NCBI GenBank assembly: GCA_965652295.1
Contig: CBFGTS010000011.1
Coordinates: 101,246 to 165,245, forward strand
Reading direction: 5' to 3'
Origin: an uncultured Haloferula sp.
Lineage (GTDB): Bacteria; Verrucomicrobiota; Verrucomicrobiia; Verrucomicrobiales; Akkermansiaceae
Length of the DNA: 64,000 bases
Part shown: one piece after another, positions 1-8,125 of the stretch
Layout of the letters: the number at the start of each line of letters is the position of its first letter
Numbering within the stretch: position 1 is the first letter of the stretch
Notes under the pieces: generated by a model
What the model saw: the letters and a program-made list of their open reading frames with translations, nothing else
Told to the model about the DNA's origin: nothing
Database searches by the model: none
Made by a program: the position numbers and the translations under genes

Positions 1-329
1 CGCGGGGTTGAGCCCGGCATGTAGATGCGGGCGGCGATGCTCATTTTCGCCGCCACCAGCGCGACGCCCTGGGCGTGGTTGCCGGCGGACGCTGTGACCA
101 CGCCACGCTCGCGGCCGGCTGCATCGAGCGCCGCCATCCGGTTGGACGCGCCACGCCATTTGTAGGCCTTGATCGGCGAGAGGTCCTCGCGCTTCACCCA
201 GATATCGAGCCCCGGCAGGCCGAGAGGCTCAAGCGGGGTGAGGGAGCCGAAGTGATAAACGCGTTCGCGGGCGAGCAGGATCTCCTGCCGCAACCTGCGA
301 TGGGGGGAAAGGGTCTCTCCGGTTTCCAC
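1..329 (-). CDS. ilvA: Threonine/serine dehydratase (PLP-dependent), 5' part; runs off the window edge
   Basis: Manual translation from GTG at 329 gives ...[21 protein letters not shown]...[16 protein letters not shown], with the PLP-lysine and SAGNHAQG motifs. Not in the ORF track. Confidence 0.85.
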   Translation of the reverse strand, partial: METGETLSPHRRLRQEILLARERVYHFGSLTPLEPLGLPGLDIWVKREDLSPIKAYKWRGASNRMAALDAAGRERGVVTASAGNHAQGVALVAAKMSIAARIYMPGSTP

Positions 330-376
330 GCGCGGAGGCTGGGCCAATGCGCCGGTCCGGCAAAGCCCGAACTGTC

Positions 377-997
377 TCAGACCGCAGCCAAAGCTTCGCG
401 GGTGAGCCAGGTGATTTCCTCCCAGCGCTTCTCGATGATCAGGGTGGTGTCGACCATCCAGCTGCCGCCGATCGCACCCACGACCGAGAGGTCGAGGTAT
501 TCGCGCATGTTGGCCCGGTTGATCCCGCCGGTGGGGATGAACTTGACCCCGGTGTGGGCGTAGGGTCCGGCGAGGGCTTTGAGAAACTTGGGACCGCCAG
601 CGGGACCGGCGGGGAAGAATTTCAGCAGGTCGCAGCCGAGTCCGAGAGCCGTCTCGATGTCGGTCGGGGTCATCACGCCGGGCGAGAAGGGCATTTCGAG
701 CGACTGGGCCATCTTCAGGACCTTCGGATTGAGACCGGGGGCGAGGCCGAAAGTCGCTCCCGCATCCTTGGCCCGCTGGACCTGCTCGGGAGCAAGCAGC
801 GTCCCGGCACCGACGATGATCTCCGGACGATTCGCGGCGATGAACTCGATGCAATCGGCGGCGGCTTCGGTCCGGAAAGTGATTTCCATGACGTCCAGTC
901 CGCCGGCGAGGAGGGCATCGGCGAGGGGGGCGGCATCCTCCACCCGGTCCAGCACCACCACAGGGCAAATCCGTCGCTCAAGAATTCGGTCGATCAT
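377..997 (-). CDS. eda: KDPG/KHG aldolase
   Basis: C-terminal part of track ORF 377..1894; motifs [34 protein letters not shown]. Start reset to ATG 997. Confidence 0.92.
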   Translation of the reverse strand: MIDRILERRICPVVVLDRVEDAAPLADALLAGGLDVMEITFRTEAAADCIEFIAANRPEIIVGAGTLLAPEQVQRAKDAGATFGLAPGLNPKVLKMAQSLEMPFSPGVMTPTDIETALGLGCDLLKFFPAGPAGGPKFLKALAGPYAHTGVKFIPTGGINRANMREYLDLSVVGAIGGSWMVDTTLIIEKRWEEITWLTREALAAV

Positions 998-1123
998 GCG
1001 GCGATCATAACCGGACCGCACCCCGGTAAGACAAGAGTTCGTTCGGGCAATCGAGTCATCCCGCGGGCATGGTCCAAGCCGTACTTGACTCCCAAGCGGA
1101 CGGGGTGCAGCACTCCGGCCGTC

Positions 1124-2320
1124 ATGGCGAAACTCTCGATCCAGAATCTCGATGTGAAAGGCAAGGAAGTCCTGATGCGTGTGGACTTCAACGTCCCTCT
1201 CAAGGACGGTGCCATCACCGACGACACCCGCATCCAGGCCGCGGTGCCCTCCATCAAGCACCTCATCGAGGGTGGAGCCAGGCTGGTCCTCTGCTCGCAC
1301 CTCGGGCGTCCGAAGGGTGAGGCGAACCCCGAGTTTTCCCTGGCACCCGCCGCCGCACGGCTGGGTGAACTGCTGGGCCAGGAGGTGGCGATCGCACCGG
1401 ATTGCATCGGCGAGGAAGCCGCGGCGTTGCGCGAAGGACTGGGCGACGGCCAGGTGCTTCTGCTGGAAAACACCCGCTATCACAACGCCGAGGAGAAGAA
1501 CGAGCCGGATTTTGCCAAGGCACTGGCCGGCAAGGCGGAGATTTACGTCAACGACGCGTTCGGCACCGCCCACCGCGCGCACGCCTCGACCGAGGGAGTG
1601 ACCCACCACGTTTCGAAGAGCGCCATGGGTTTCCTGATGGCGCGCGAGCTGGAATACCTCGTCGATCAGCTCAAGTCGCCCGCCCGTCCGTTCCTCGTGA
1701 TCATGGGCGGAGCCAAGGTTTCCGGGAAGATCGATGTCATCAACAACCTCATGGACAAGGCCGACGCCTTCCTGATCGGAGGAGCGATGGCCTACACTTT
1801 CCTCAAGGCCCAAGGCTATGAAGTGGGCGACAGCTTGGTCGAGAACGACAAGCTCGACCTCGCGCTGGAGATTCTCGAGAACGCCAAGAAGCATGGCGTC
1901 AGCTTCATCCTGCCGGTCGATACGCTGATGACCCAGGAGTTCAAGGAGGGTGCCGAGACGAAGGTGACCGGCGTTTTCGGCGAGGGCGGAGCGATACCCT
2001 CCGGCTGGGAGGGTATCGATATCGGCGAAAAGTCGATCGGGCTCTTCGCCGACGAGGTGGCCAAGGCCAAGACCATCGTTTGGAACGGCCCGATGGGAGT
2101 TTTTGAAATCGACACCTTTGCCAATGGCACCAAGGCCATCGCCGCCGCGGTGGCCAAGGCCGACGCCGTGACGATCGTGGGCGGGGGCGACTCCGTCACC
2201 GCCGTGAACAAGTTCGGCGTGGCTGATCAGGTGACCTTCATTTCCACCGGTGGCGGGGCGTCATTGGAACTTCTCGAGGGCAAGGACCTGCCCGGTGTGG
2301 CTGCCCTTGACGAAGCCTGA
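1124..2320 (+). CDS. pgk: Phosphoglycerate kinase
   Basis: RVDFNVP, SHLGRP, DAFGTAHRAHAS, WNGPMGVFE, STGGGASLE motifs. Start reset to ATG 1124. Confidence 0.97.
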   Translation: MAKLSIQNLDVKGKEVLMRVDFNVPLKDGAITDDTRIQAAVPSIKHLIEGGARLVLCSHLGRPKGEANPEFSLAPAAARLGELLGQEVAIAPDCIGEEAAALREGLGDGQVLLLENTRYHNAEEKNEPDFAKALAGKAEIYVNDAFGTAHRAHASTEGVTHHVSKSAMGFLMARELEYLVDQLKSPARPFLVIMGGAKVSGKIDVINNLMDKADAFLIGGAMAYTFLKAQGYEVGDSLVENDKLDLALEILENAKKHGVSFILPVDTLMTQEFKEGAETKVTGVFGEGGAIPSGWEGIDIGEKSIGLFADEVAKAKTIVWNGPMGVFEIDTFANGTKAIAAAVAKADAVTIVGGGDSVTAVNKFGVADQVTFISTGGGASLELLEGKDLPGVAALDEA

Positions 2321-2357
2321 TGGCACGCCGGATGCTGAAAACCTAAGAACTGCTCCT

Positions 2358-3128
2358 ATGATCCGGAAGCCGATATTCGCCGCCAACTGGAAGATGAACA
2401 AGGGTCCCTCGGAAACCGAGGACTTCGCCCGCGCTCTCCTTTCCCAGGTCCAGCACCAGACTTTTCCCTGCGATCTGGTGATCGCGCCGCCGTTCGTCTC
2501 GCTTGCCAAGGCGAGCGAGCTCTTCGGCAACGTGACCGCGGTGGCGCTCGCCGCGCAGAACTGCTCCCAGTTCGACGCCGGGGCTTACACCGGCGAGATC
2601 AGCGCGATGATGCTCAAGGAGTTCTTCGTCCACTATGTGATCCTCGGCCACAGCGAGCGGAGGGCGATCTTCGGGGAATCCGATGAGGTCATCAACGCGA
2701 AGATGCTCAAAGCCCGGGAGGTCAACCTGAAGCCCATCTTCTGCATCGGCGAGACGCTCGAAGAGCGTGAGGGCGGGAAGCTTGAGGACGTGCTCCGCCG
2801 TCAGGTCAACAAGGGCCTGGCCGGCTTTTCGGAGAAGGATCTGTCGGAGACCGTCATCGCCTACGAACCGGTTTGGGCGATCGGGACGGGAGTGACCGCG
2901 AGCGCTGAACAGGCGCAGGAAGCCCATGCTTTCGTCCGTTCGCTCGTCGGCGAATCGTTCGGCACCGAGGCGGCTGCGCGCATCCGCATCCAGTATGGAG
3001 GCAGCGTGAAGCCCGGCAACGCCGCGGAACTGATGGCCTGCCCGGATATCGATGGCGCGTTGATCGGCGGAGCGGCTCTTGAGGCGTCGAGCTTTCTCCA
3101 GATCATCGAAAACGGCACCGCCGGTTGA
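2358..3128 (+). CDS. tpiA: Triosephosphate isomerase
   Basis: ANWKMN, GHSERR, AYEPVWAIGTG, YGGSVKP motifs. Confidence 0.97.
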   Translation: MIRKPIFAANWKMNKGPSETEDFARALLSQVQHQTFPCDLVIAPPFVSLAKASELFGNVTAVALAAQNCSQFDAGAYTGEISAMMLKEFFVHYVILGHSERRAIFGESDEVINAKMLKAREVNLKPIFCIGETLEEREGGKLEDVLRRQVNKGLAGFSEKDLSETVIAYEPVWAIGTGVTASAEQAQEAHAFVRSLVGESFGTEAAARIRIQYGGSVKPGNAAELMACPDIDGALIGGAALEASSFLQIIENGTAG

Positions 3129-3155
3129 TTGGGAAGGCGATCCTGAACTTGCACG

Positions 3156-3192
3156 AAAGGGGGCGCGGCGAAGGCGGCGGCCCCCTTTTTTT
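3156..3192 (+). terminator. Intrinsic terminator after tpiA
   Basis: AAAGGGGGC...GCCCCCTTT stem followed by a T run. Confidence 0.75.
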
Positions 3193-3286
3193 GCGCCCGG
3201 ATCGGTGAGGGGACCCAAGGGGGGTGGGGACGGAGGTTGGTTAGCCTGATCCATCTCCGTCCCCACCCCTGATCTCGCCGGGCGAC

Positions 3287-3510
3287 CTGTGTCCTGTGGT
3301 CTGTTGGGGGGAGTTCGGCCACACAACCATTCTTCCCATCAACGGCCACGCCGAGGATAAAGGGTGCCTCCAGATGACCGACCTGCGTCAGGTGGCGCGT
3401 TCCCTATCAACAGGGAAAGGGTGAATCGGATCCTCCGGGACAGGTAGTACGGCTTCGCGTTAACGGCATGAGGGAAGCGACTTGTGATCCCTTCAAAGGC
3501 GGCGACACGG
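3287..3510. ncRNA. Candidate structured RNA (~225-nt rod), family unknown
   Basis: Nested complementary arms, e.g. 3287-3293/3504-3510, 3304-3312/3488-3496, 3322-3326/3482-3486, 3332-3337/3472-3477. No credible ORF. Confidence 0.35.
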
Positions 3511-3552
3511 AAAAAGCGAAGGCCGCTGGGTCGGGGTGACTCAGCGGCCTTC
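3511..3552 (-). terminator. Terminator downstream of tRNA-Lys
   Basis: GAAGGCCGCTG...CAGCGGCCTTC stem with a T5 tail on the minus strand. Confidence 0.75.
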
Positions 3553-3554
3553 AT

Positions 3555-3630
3555 TGGTACCCCGTCTAGGACTCGAACCTAGGACCAAAAGATTAAGAGT
3601 CTTCTGCTCTACCAACTGAGCTAACGAGGC
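3555..3630 (-). tRNA. tRNA-Lys (anticodon CTT)
   Basis: Reverse complement reads GCCTCGTTAGCTCAGTTGGTAGAGCAGAAGACTCTTAATCTTTTGGTCCTAGGTTCGAGTCCTAGACGGGGTACCA: 76 nt, cloverleaf, encoded CCA. Confidence 0.97.
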
Positions 3631-3795
3631 GTTTCCTCCGCCACAACCGTGGCTCGGGGCCGCGGAAGAAACTGTGAACGGGGGTTGGTGTCAACTCCGA
3701 AATTTTGGTTTTCGGCGAGCTGCGGGCGCGATGTCACTGAAAGGGCACGGATGCCGCTGGACTCAGCCGGAGGGCAGGGTTACACGCGCGGCGTC

Positions 3796-5340
3796 ATGTC
3801 CAAAAAACCAGTGGTTCTCATCATTCGCGACGGCTGGGGCGAAAACCCCGGCGGGCAAAAAACCGCCCAGCGCGACGGCAACGCGACCTTGCTCGCCAAC
3901 ACGCCCTTCCACGATGAGGTGCTGGACCAGTGTCCAAAGGCTTTCCTCAGCGCCTCGGGCATGGACGTGGGCCTGCCGGAAGGCCAGATGGGCAATTCGG
4001 AGGTCGGACACCTCAACCTTGGAGCGGGCCGCATCGTTTATCAGGACCTGACGCGCATCAACAAATCGATCGCGGACGGGGAACTCCAGGAGAACGAGGT
4101 TTTCAAGAGAGCGATCCAGCATGTCGCGGGATCGAAAAGGACGCTGCACTTCGTCGGTCTCGTCTCCGATGGTGGGGTGCACAGCCACATCGACCACCTC
4201 TGCGCGATGGTCGGGATGGCGAAGGAGGGTGGTGCCTCGAACATCCTCGTCCATGCGATCACGGACGGACGGGACACTTCTCCGACGGCTGGAGCGGGCT
4301 ACCTTTCGCAAGTGGAAGATCGGATCGCAGTGCATGGCGCACGGATCGCCACGGTGGTCGGCCGCTATTATGCGATGGACCGCGACAAGCGGTGGGAGCG
4401 GGTCAAGCTGGCTTGGGATGCGATCGTCCATGGAAAGGGCGAGGAAAAGCAGGTGCTGGCTTCGGAAGCGGTCGCGGAGATGTACTTGCAGGAGAAAACC
4501 GACGAGTTCCTCCTGCCGATGGTTTTCTGTGAGGCTGACAGGCAGCGGGTGAAGAGCGGCGATGTGGTCATCTTCTTCAATTTCCGTGCCGACCGGGCCC
4601 GCCAGCTTTCCGAGGTATTCCTCCACGAAGGCCGCTGGACAGCGTTCAAGGCAGGTCGCCGGCCGAAGGTTCACTACGTGACGCTCACCGAATACGATGC
4701 AGATTACGATTGTGACGTGATCTTCCCGCCGGAGCGGCTCGACATGGTGCTGGGCGAGGTGGTTTCCCTGGCGGGGAAGAACCAGCTTCGCATCGCCGAG
4801 ACGGAGAAATACCCGCACGTGACGTATTTCTTCAATGGTGGCGAAGAAAAGAGCTTCAAGGGCGAGGACCGGAAGATCATTCCATCGCCTCAGGATGTCG
4901 CCACCTATGACCTGAAGCCCGAGATGAGCGCCGACGAGGTGACCGCGACGGTGGTGGCCAAGCTGAAGGACTACGATCTGGTCATCATCAATTTCGCCAA
5001 CCCCGACATGGTCGGACACACCGGCGTGGTCGAAGCGGCGGTCAAAGCCTGCGAGCGGATTGATGCGGCGGTGAAAGCCGTGGTGGAGGAAACCCTGCGA
5101 CTCGGTGGGCAGCTCCTGATCACCGCGGATCACGGGAACTGCGAGTTCATGATCAATGCCGACGGTTCGCCCCACACCGCCCACACGACGAATCTCGTGC
5201 GGGTCTTTTACGTGGCGAAGGAAACGGAGAACGTGCGGCTTCAGGACGGGATTCTGGCCGACGTCGCGCCGACCCTGCTGGGAATGATGGGCATTCAGCC
5301 CCCGGTGCAGATGACCGGCAAGTCCTTGGTCCAGCACTGA
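3796..5340 (+). CDS. gpmI: 2,3-bisphosphoglycerate-independent phosphoglycerate mutase
   Basis: DGWG, GQMGNSEVGH, GRYYAMDRD, AETEKYPHVT, NPDMVGHTG, TADHGN motifs. Confidence 0.97.
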   Translation: MSKKPVVLIIRDGWGENPGGQKTAQRDGNATLLANTPFHDEVLDQCPKAFLSASGMDVGLPEGQMGNSEVGHLNLGAGRIVYQDLTRINKSIADGELQENEVFKRAIQHVAGSKRTLHFVGLVSDGGVHSHIDHLCAMVGMAKEGGASNILVHAITDGRDTSPTAGAGYLSQVEDRIAVHGARIATVVGRYYAMDRDKRWERVKLAWDAIVHGKGEEKQVLASEAVAEMYLQEKTDEFLLPMVFCEADRQRVKSGDVVIFFNFRADRARQLSEVFLHEGRWTAFKAGRRPKVHYVTLTEYDADYDCDVIFPPERLDMVLGEVVSLAGKNQLRIAETEKYPHVTYFFNGGEEKSFKGEDRKIIPSPQDVATYDLKPEMSADEVTATVVAKLKDYDLVIINFANPDMVGHTGVVEAAVKACERIDAAVKAVVEETLRLGGQLLITADHGNCEFMINADGSPHTAHTTNLVRVFYVAKETENVRLQDGILADVAPTLLGMMGIQPPVQMTGKSLVQH

Positions 5341-5366
5341 GTCCTCGCGTAGGAGATCTCTTTGAA

Positions 5367-5398
5367 ACAGCCGCTCTGCCGCGATGCAGAGCGGCTGT
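5367..5398 (+). terminator. Hairpin after gpmI, probable terminator
   Basis: Perfect 13-bp stem ACAGCCGCTCTGC/GCAGAGCGGCTGT with a weak T tail. Confidence 0.6.
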
Positions 5399-5422
5399 CT
5401 TGTGTCGGAACCTGCTTGGAAA

Positions 5423-5585
5423 TGTGACGGAACGATGTGACGGAAGTGTGACGACGTTGCCCCGGAGACTCTTCTTTGGTCGATGTAACTGATTGGGTGT
5501 AAGTAAGAGGGGAGGGTGTGGTGAGGCTTTGGAGGGGGGTGACGAAAGTGTCACACAAACCAGCTCCGCGTGACATTTCCGTCAA
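5423..5585. promoter_or_regulatory. Pho-box-like repeats upstream of the porin/pst operon
   Basis: TGTGACG at 5423, 5436 and 5447; GTGAC-N6-GTCA at 5539 and 5570. The 11-bp phasing is typical of PhoB sites. Confidence 0.6.
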
Positions 5586-5627
5586 TCTAGGAAGCTCGGC
5601 GTCCGAACGACAAATACCCACGCAACC

Positions 5628-6917
5628 ATGAACACCTCGCCATCCGCCCTTTCCACAGGGCTTCGTGTCGCCCTTTTCGGGGTTTGTGCCGCCTCCTCAG
5701 CCTTTGCCGGGAGCGAGATTGAAATCACCCCCACACCACCCGTGGAGCCTGCTGGAGCGGGCGACTGGTGTGAGTGGCTCTCCAATAAACCGGGAACTCT
5801 CTATAAGGGCGACAATCCCCTGATCCAGGAATTCGGCGTTTTCGGCCGCTTCCAATGGCAGGCCGCCTACCTGACGGGTGAGGACGTCAATGGCTATGAG
5901 TTCAGCGACGACTATACCGACGTCCGCCGGTTCCGTCTCGGCGCGCAGATGAAGTTCCTGAGCTTCTTCACCGCGAAAGCCAACGTGAACCTCGTGGACG
6001 ACCAGCGCGCCAGCGGTGGCGATCTCGGCTGGGGGTATGAGGATTTTGACGAGGCACTGCTGATCTTCGATGCAAAGAAAGCCTTCGGAATCGATCAGCT
6101 CGATGCTCTAGAAATCGCTTATGGTCGCCACAAGTTCACGCTTGGATCGGAGGCCCGCGAGTCTTCGAAAAAGCTGCTGACGATCGAACGCTCGGCCATT
6201 TCCAACAAGGTTTACGACAGCCTCCGTCCGACCGGTCTCACCATCGCGGCGGCCAAGGGTCCGTGGCAGTGGGGTGCCGGGATCTTCAGCACCGACGCCG
6301 ACGTCAATGGCGACAATGTCGAGTTCATCGGCGGTTGGAACGATGGTGTGGCCTATCAGGTGGGCGTGGGGTTCCAGGCCTGCGAGCAACTTTCGTTTTA
6401 TTGGGACGCCGTTTACAACGACGCCGAAGCGATCCGTGGCGAGGATTCGCTGTGGGGATACGAATGGGCCACCTCCGTGACCGCGGTCTACAGCGAGGAC
6501 GCCTGGGGAGTGATCACCGACCTCTACCTCGGCGACAATGGCGATGCCGACAACGGCGTCGCGCGCCGCGACCGCCAGGGGAACTTCTGGGGTCTGGTGG
6601 TGATGCCGCACGTCTGGATCGTGAAGGACAGGCTCGAGGGGGTCGTGCGCTACCAATACGCCGGCTCTTCGGAAAACCAGGGCGTGCGTGCCAACAGCCG
6701 CTATGTCCGCCGCGACCACGGCCCGGTGGTGAACGTGAACTCGGGCCGCGGCAATGAGCATCACACCCTGTATGGCGGCCTGAACTACTACTTGTGCGGT
6801 CACAACCTGAAGGTCCAGGCGGGCGCGGAGTACGAGTGGATGAACACGCCGGGCGTGGGCACGGCCGGGGATTTCGATGCCCTGACCTACTTCTTCGGCT
6901 TCCGCAGCTATTTCTGA
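5628..6917 (+). CDS. Phosphate-selective porin, OprO/OprP family
   Basis: Signal peptide, RRFRLG and SSKKLLTIERS motifs, terminal Phe, position directly before pstS. Confidence 0.8.
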   Translation: MNTSPSALSTGLRVALFGVCAASSAFAGSEIEITPTPPVEPAGAGDWCEWLSNKPGTLYKGDNPLIQEFGVFGRFQWQAAYLTGEDVNGYEFSDDYTDVRRFRLGAQMKFLSFFTAKANVNLVDDQRASGGDLGWGYEDFDEALLIFDAKKAFGIDQLDALEIAYGRHKFTLGSEARESSKKLLTIERSAISNKVYDSLRPTGLTIAAAKGPWQWGAGIFSTDADVNGDNVEFIGGWNDGVAYQVGVGFQACEQLSFYWDAVYNDAEAIRGEDSLWGYEWATSVTAVYSEDAWGVITDLYLGDNGDADNGVARRDRQGNFWGLVVMPHVWIVKDRLEGVVRYQYAGSSENQGVRANSRYVRRDHGPVVNVNSGRGNEHHTLYGGLNYYLCGHNLKVQAGAEYEWMNTPGVGTAGDFDALTYFFGFRSYF

Positions 6918-6958
6918 AGCATGGGTGACGGCTTCGACATCCCCGTGCATGAGCCGGG

Positions 6959-6974
6959 GTGACAACTCCGTCAC
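6959..6974. promoter_or_regulatory. Pho-box-like site upstream of pstS
   Basis: GTGACAACTCCGTCAC, the same GTGAC-N6-GTCAC pattern as at 5539. Confidence 0.5.
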
Positions 6975-7062
6975 CATTGAGCCACTGGCAAATCTCCCGA
7001 CATTTCCGATTCCTCGGCCGTGCCGAAAAAGCGGCCGCTCCGTGATGAAACCTGAACACACT

Positions 7063-8016
7063 ATGAAAAGCATCCTAACCGGCATTTTCGCCGCCAGCAT
7101 GGCCGCCGCCACGGCCGCCGAGTCGCACATTGATGAAGCTCTCCCGAGCTACGAGCCGGTCTCCGGCGTCTCGGGCAGCCTTTCTTCGGTGGGCTCCGAC
7201 ACCCTCAACAACCTCATGACGCTGTGGGCGGAGGGCTTCAAAAAGGCCTACCCGAACGTCACGATCTCGATCGAGGGCAAGGGCTCTTCCACCGCTCCGC
7301 CGGCGTTGATGGAAGGGACTTCGCAGTTCGGTCCGATGAGCCGCCCGATGAAGGCGGAGGAGATCGATGCGTTCGAGAAGAAGTTCGGCTACAAGCCGAC
7401 CGAGGTGAAGGTGGCGATCGATGCTCTGGCGGTCTTCGCCCACAAGGACAATCCGCTCAAGGGAATCTCCCTCAAGCAGGTCGATGGCATCTTCTCCAGC
7501 ACCCGCAAGAGCGGAAGCGAGGACATCACCGAGTGGGGCCAGCTGGGCCTCGACGAGTGGAAGGGGCGTCCGATCTCGCTCTACGGTCGCAACTCCGCGT
7601 CCGGGACCTACGGCTTCTTCCAGGAGCACGCGCTCGACAAGGGGGACTTCAAAAGCACCGTGAAGGAGCAGCCGGGGTCGTCCGCCGTGGTGCAGGGCGT
7701 CGGCGGTGATCAGTATGCTCTTGGCTACTCGGGGATCGGTTACAAGACCTCCGGCGTGCGCGCGCTGCCACTTTCGAGCGAAGGGGGCGAGTTCTACGAA
7801 GCAACCTATGAGAACGCGCTTTCGGGGGACTACCCGCTGGCTCGCTTCCTCCTTGTATACGTGAACAAGAAGCCGGGAGAGGCGTTGCCGAAAACCTCCC
7901 TCGAGTTCCTGAAATACGTCCTTTCCAAGGAAGGGCAGACCGTTGTCGAGAAGGACGGCTACTATCCTCTGCCGGCCGAGTTCGCCGTCGAGGTGCTGGA
8001 TTCGCTCTCGGAGTAA
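7063..8016 (+). CDS. pstS: Phosphate ABC transporter substrate-binding protein
   Basis: GSDTL, GKGSST, GRNSASGT, YPLAR motifs and a signal peptide. Alternative start at 7045. Confidence 0.93.
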   Translation: MKSILTGIFAASMAAATAAESHIDEALPSYEPVSGVSGSLSSVGSDTLNNLMTLWAEGFKKAYPNVTISIEGKGSSTAPPALMEGTSQFGPMSRPMKAEEIDAFEKKFGYKPTEVKVAIDALAVFAHKDNPLKGISLKQVDGIFSSTRKSGSEDITEWGQLGLDEWKGRPISLYGRNSASGTYGFFQEHALDKGDFKSTVKEQPGSSAVVQGVGGDQYALGYSGIGYKTSGVRALPLSSEGGEFYEATYENALSGDYPLARFLLVYVNKKPGEALPKTSLEFLKYVLSKEGQTVVEKDGYYPLPAEFAVEVLDSLSE

Positions 8017-8125
8017 TCCCGCATTGACCCGGAGCCCGGCACCTCACAGCAATCTTCGCGTCCAAGTTGTCACTTGGCCGGGATTGCCCACTGCCGGGCT
8101 CCTCCCTTGATTGCCCCGCTTTCGA

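Noticed and set aside
3129..3630. Integrated element at tRNA-Lys
   Set aside because: No integrase and no duplicated tRNA 3' end were found; the flanks are core glycolytic genes.
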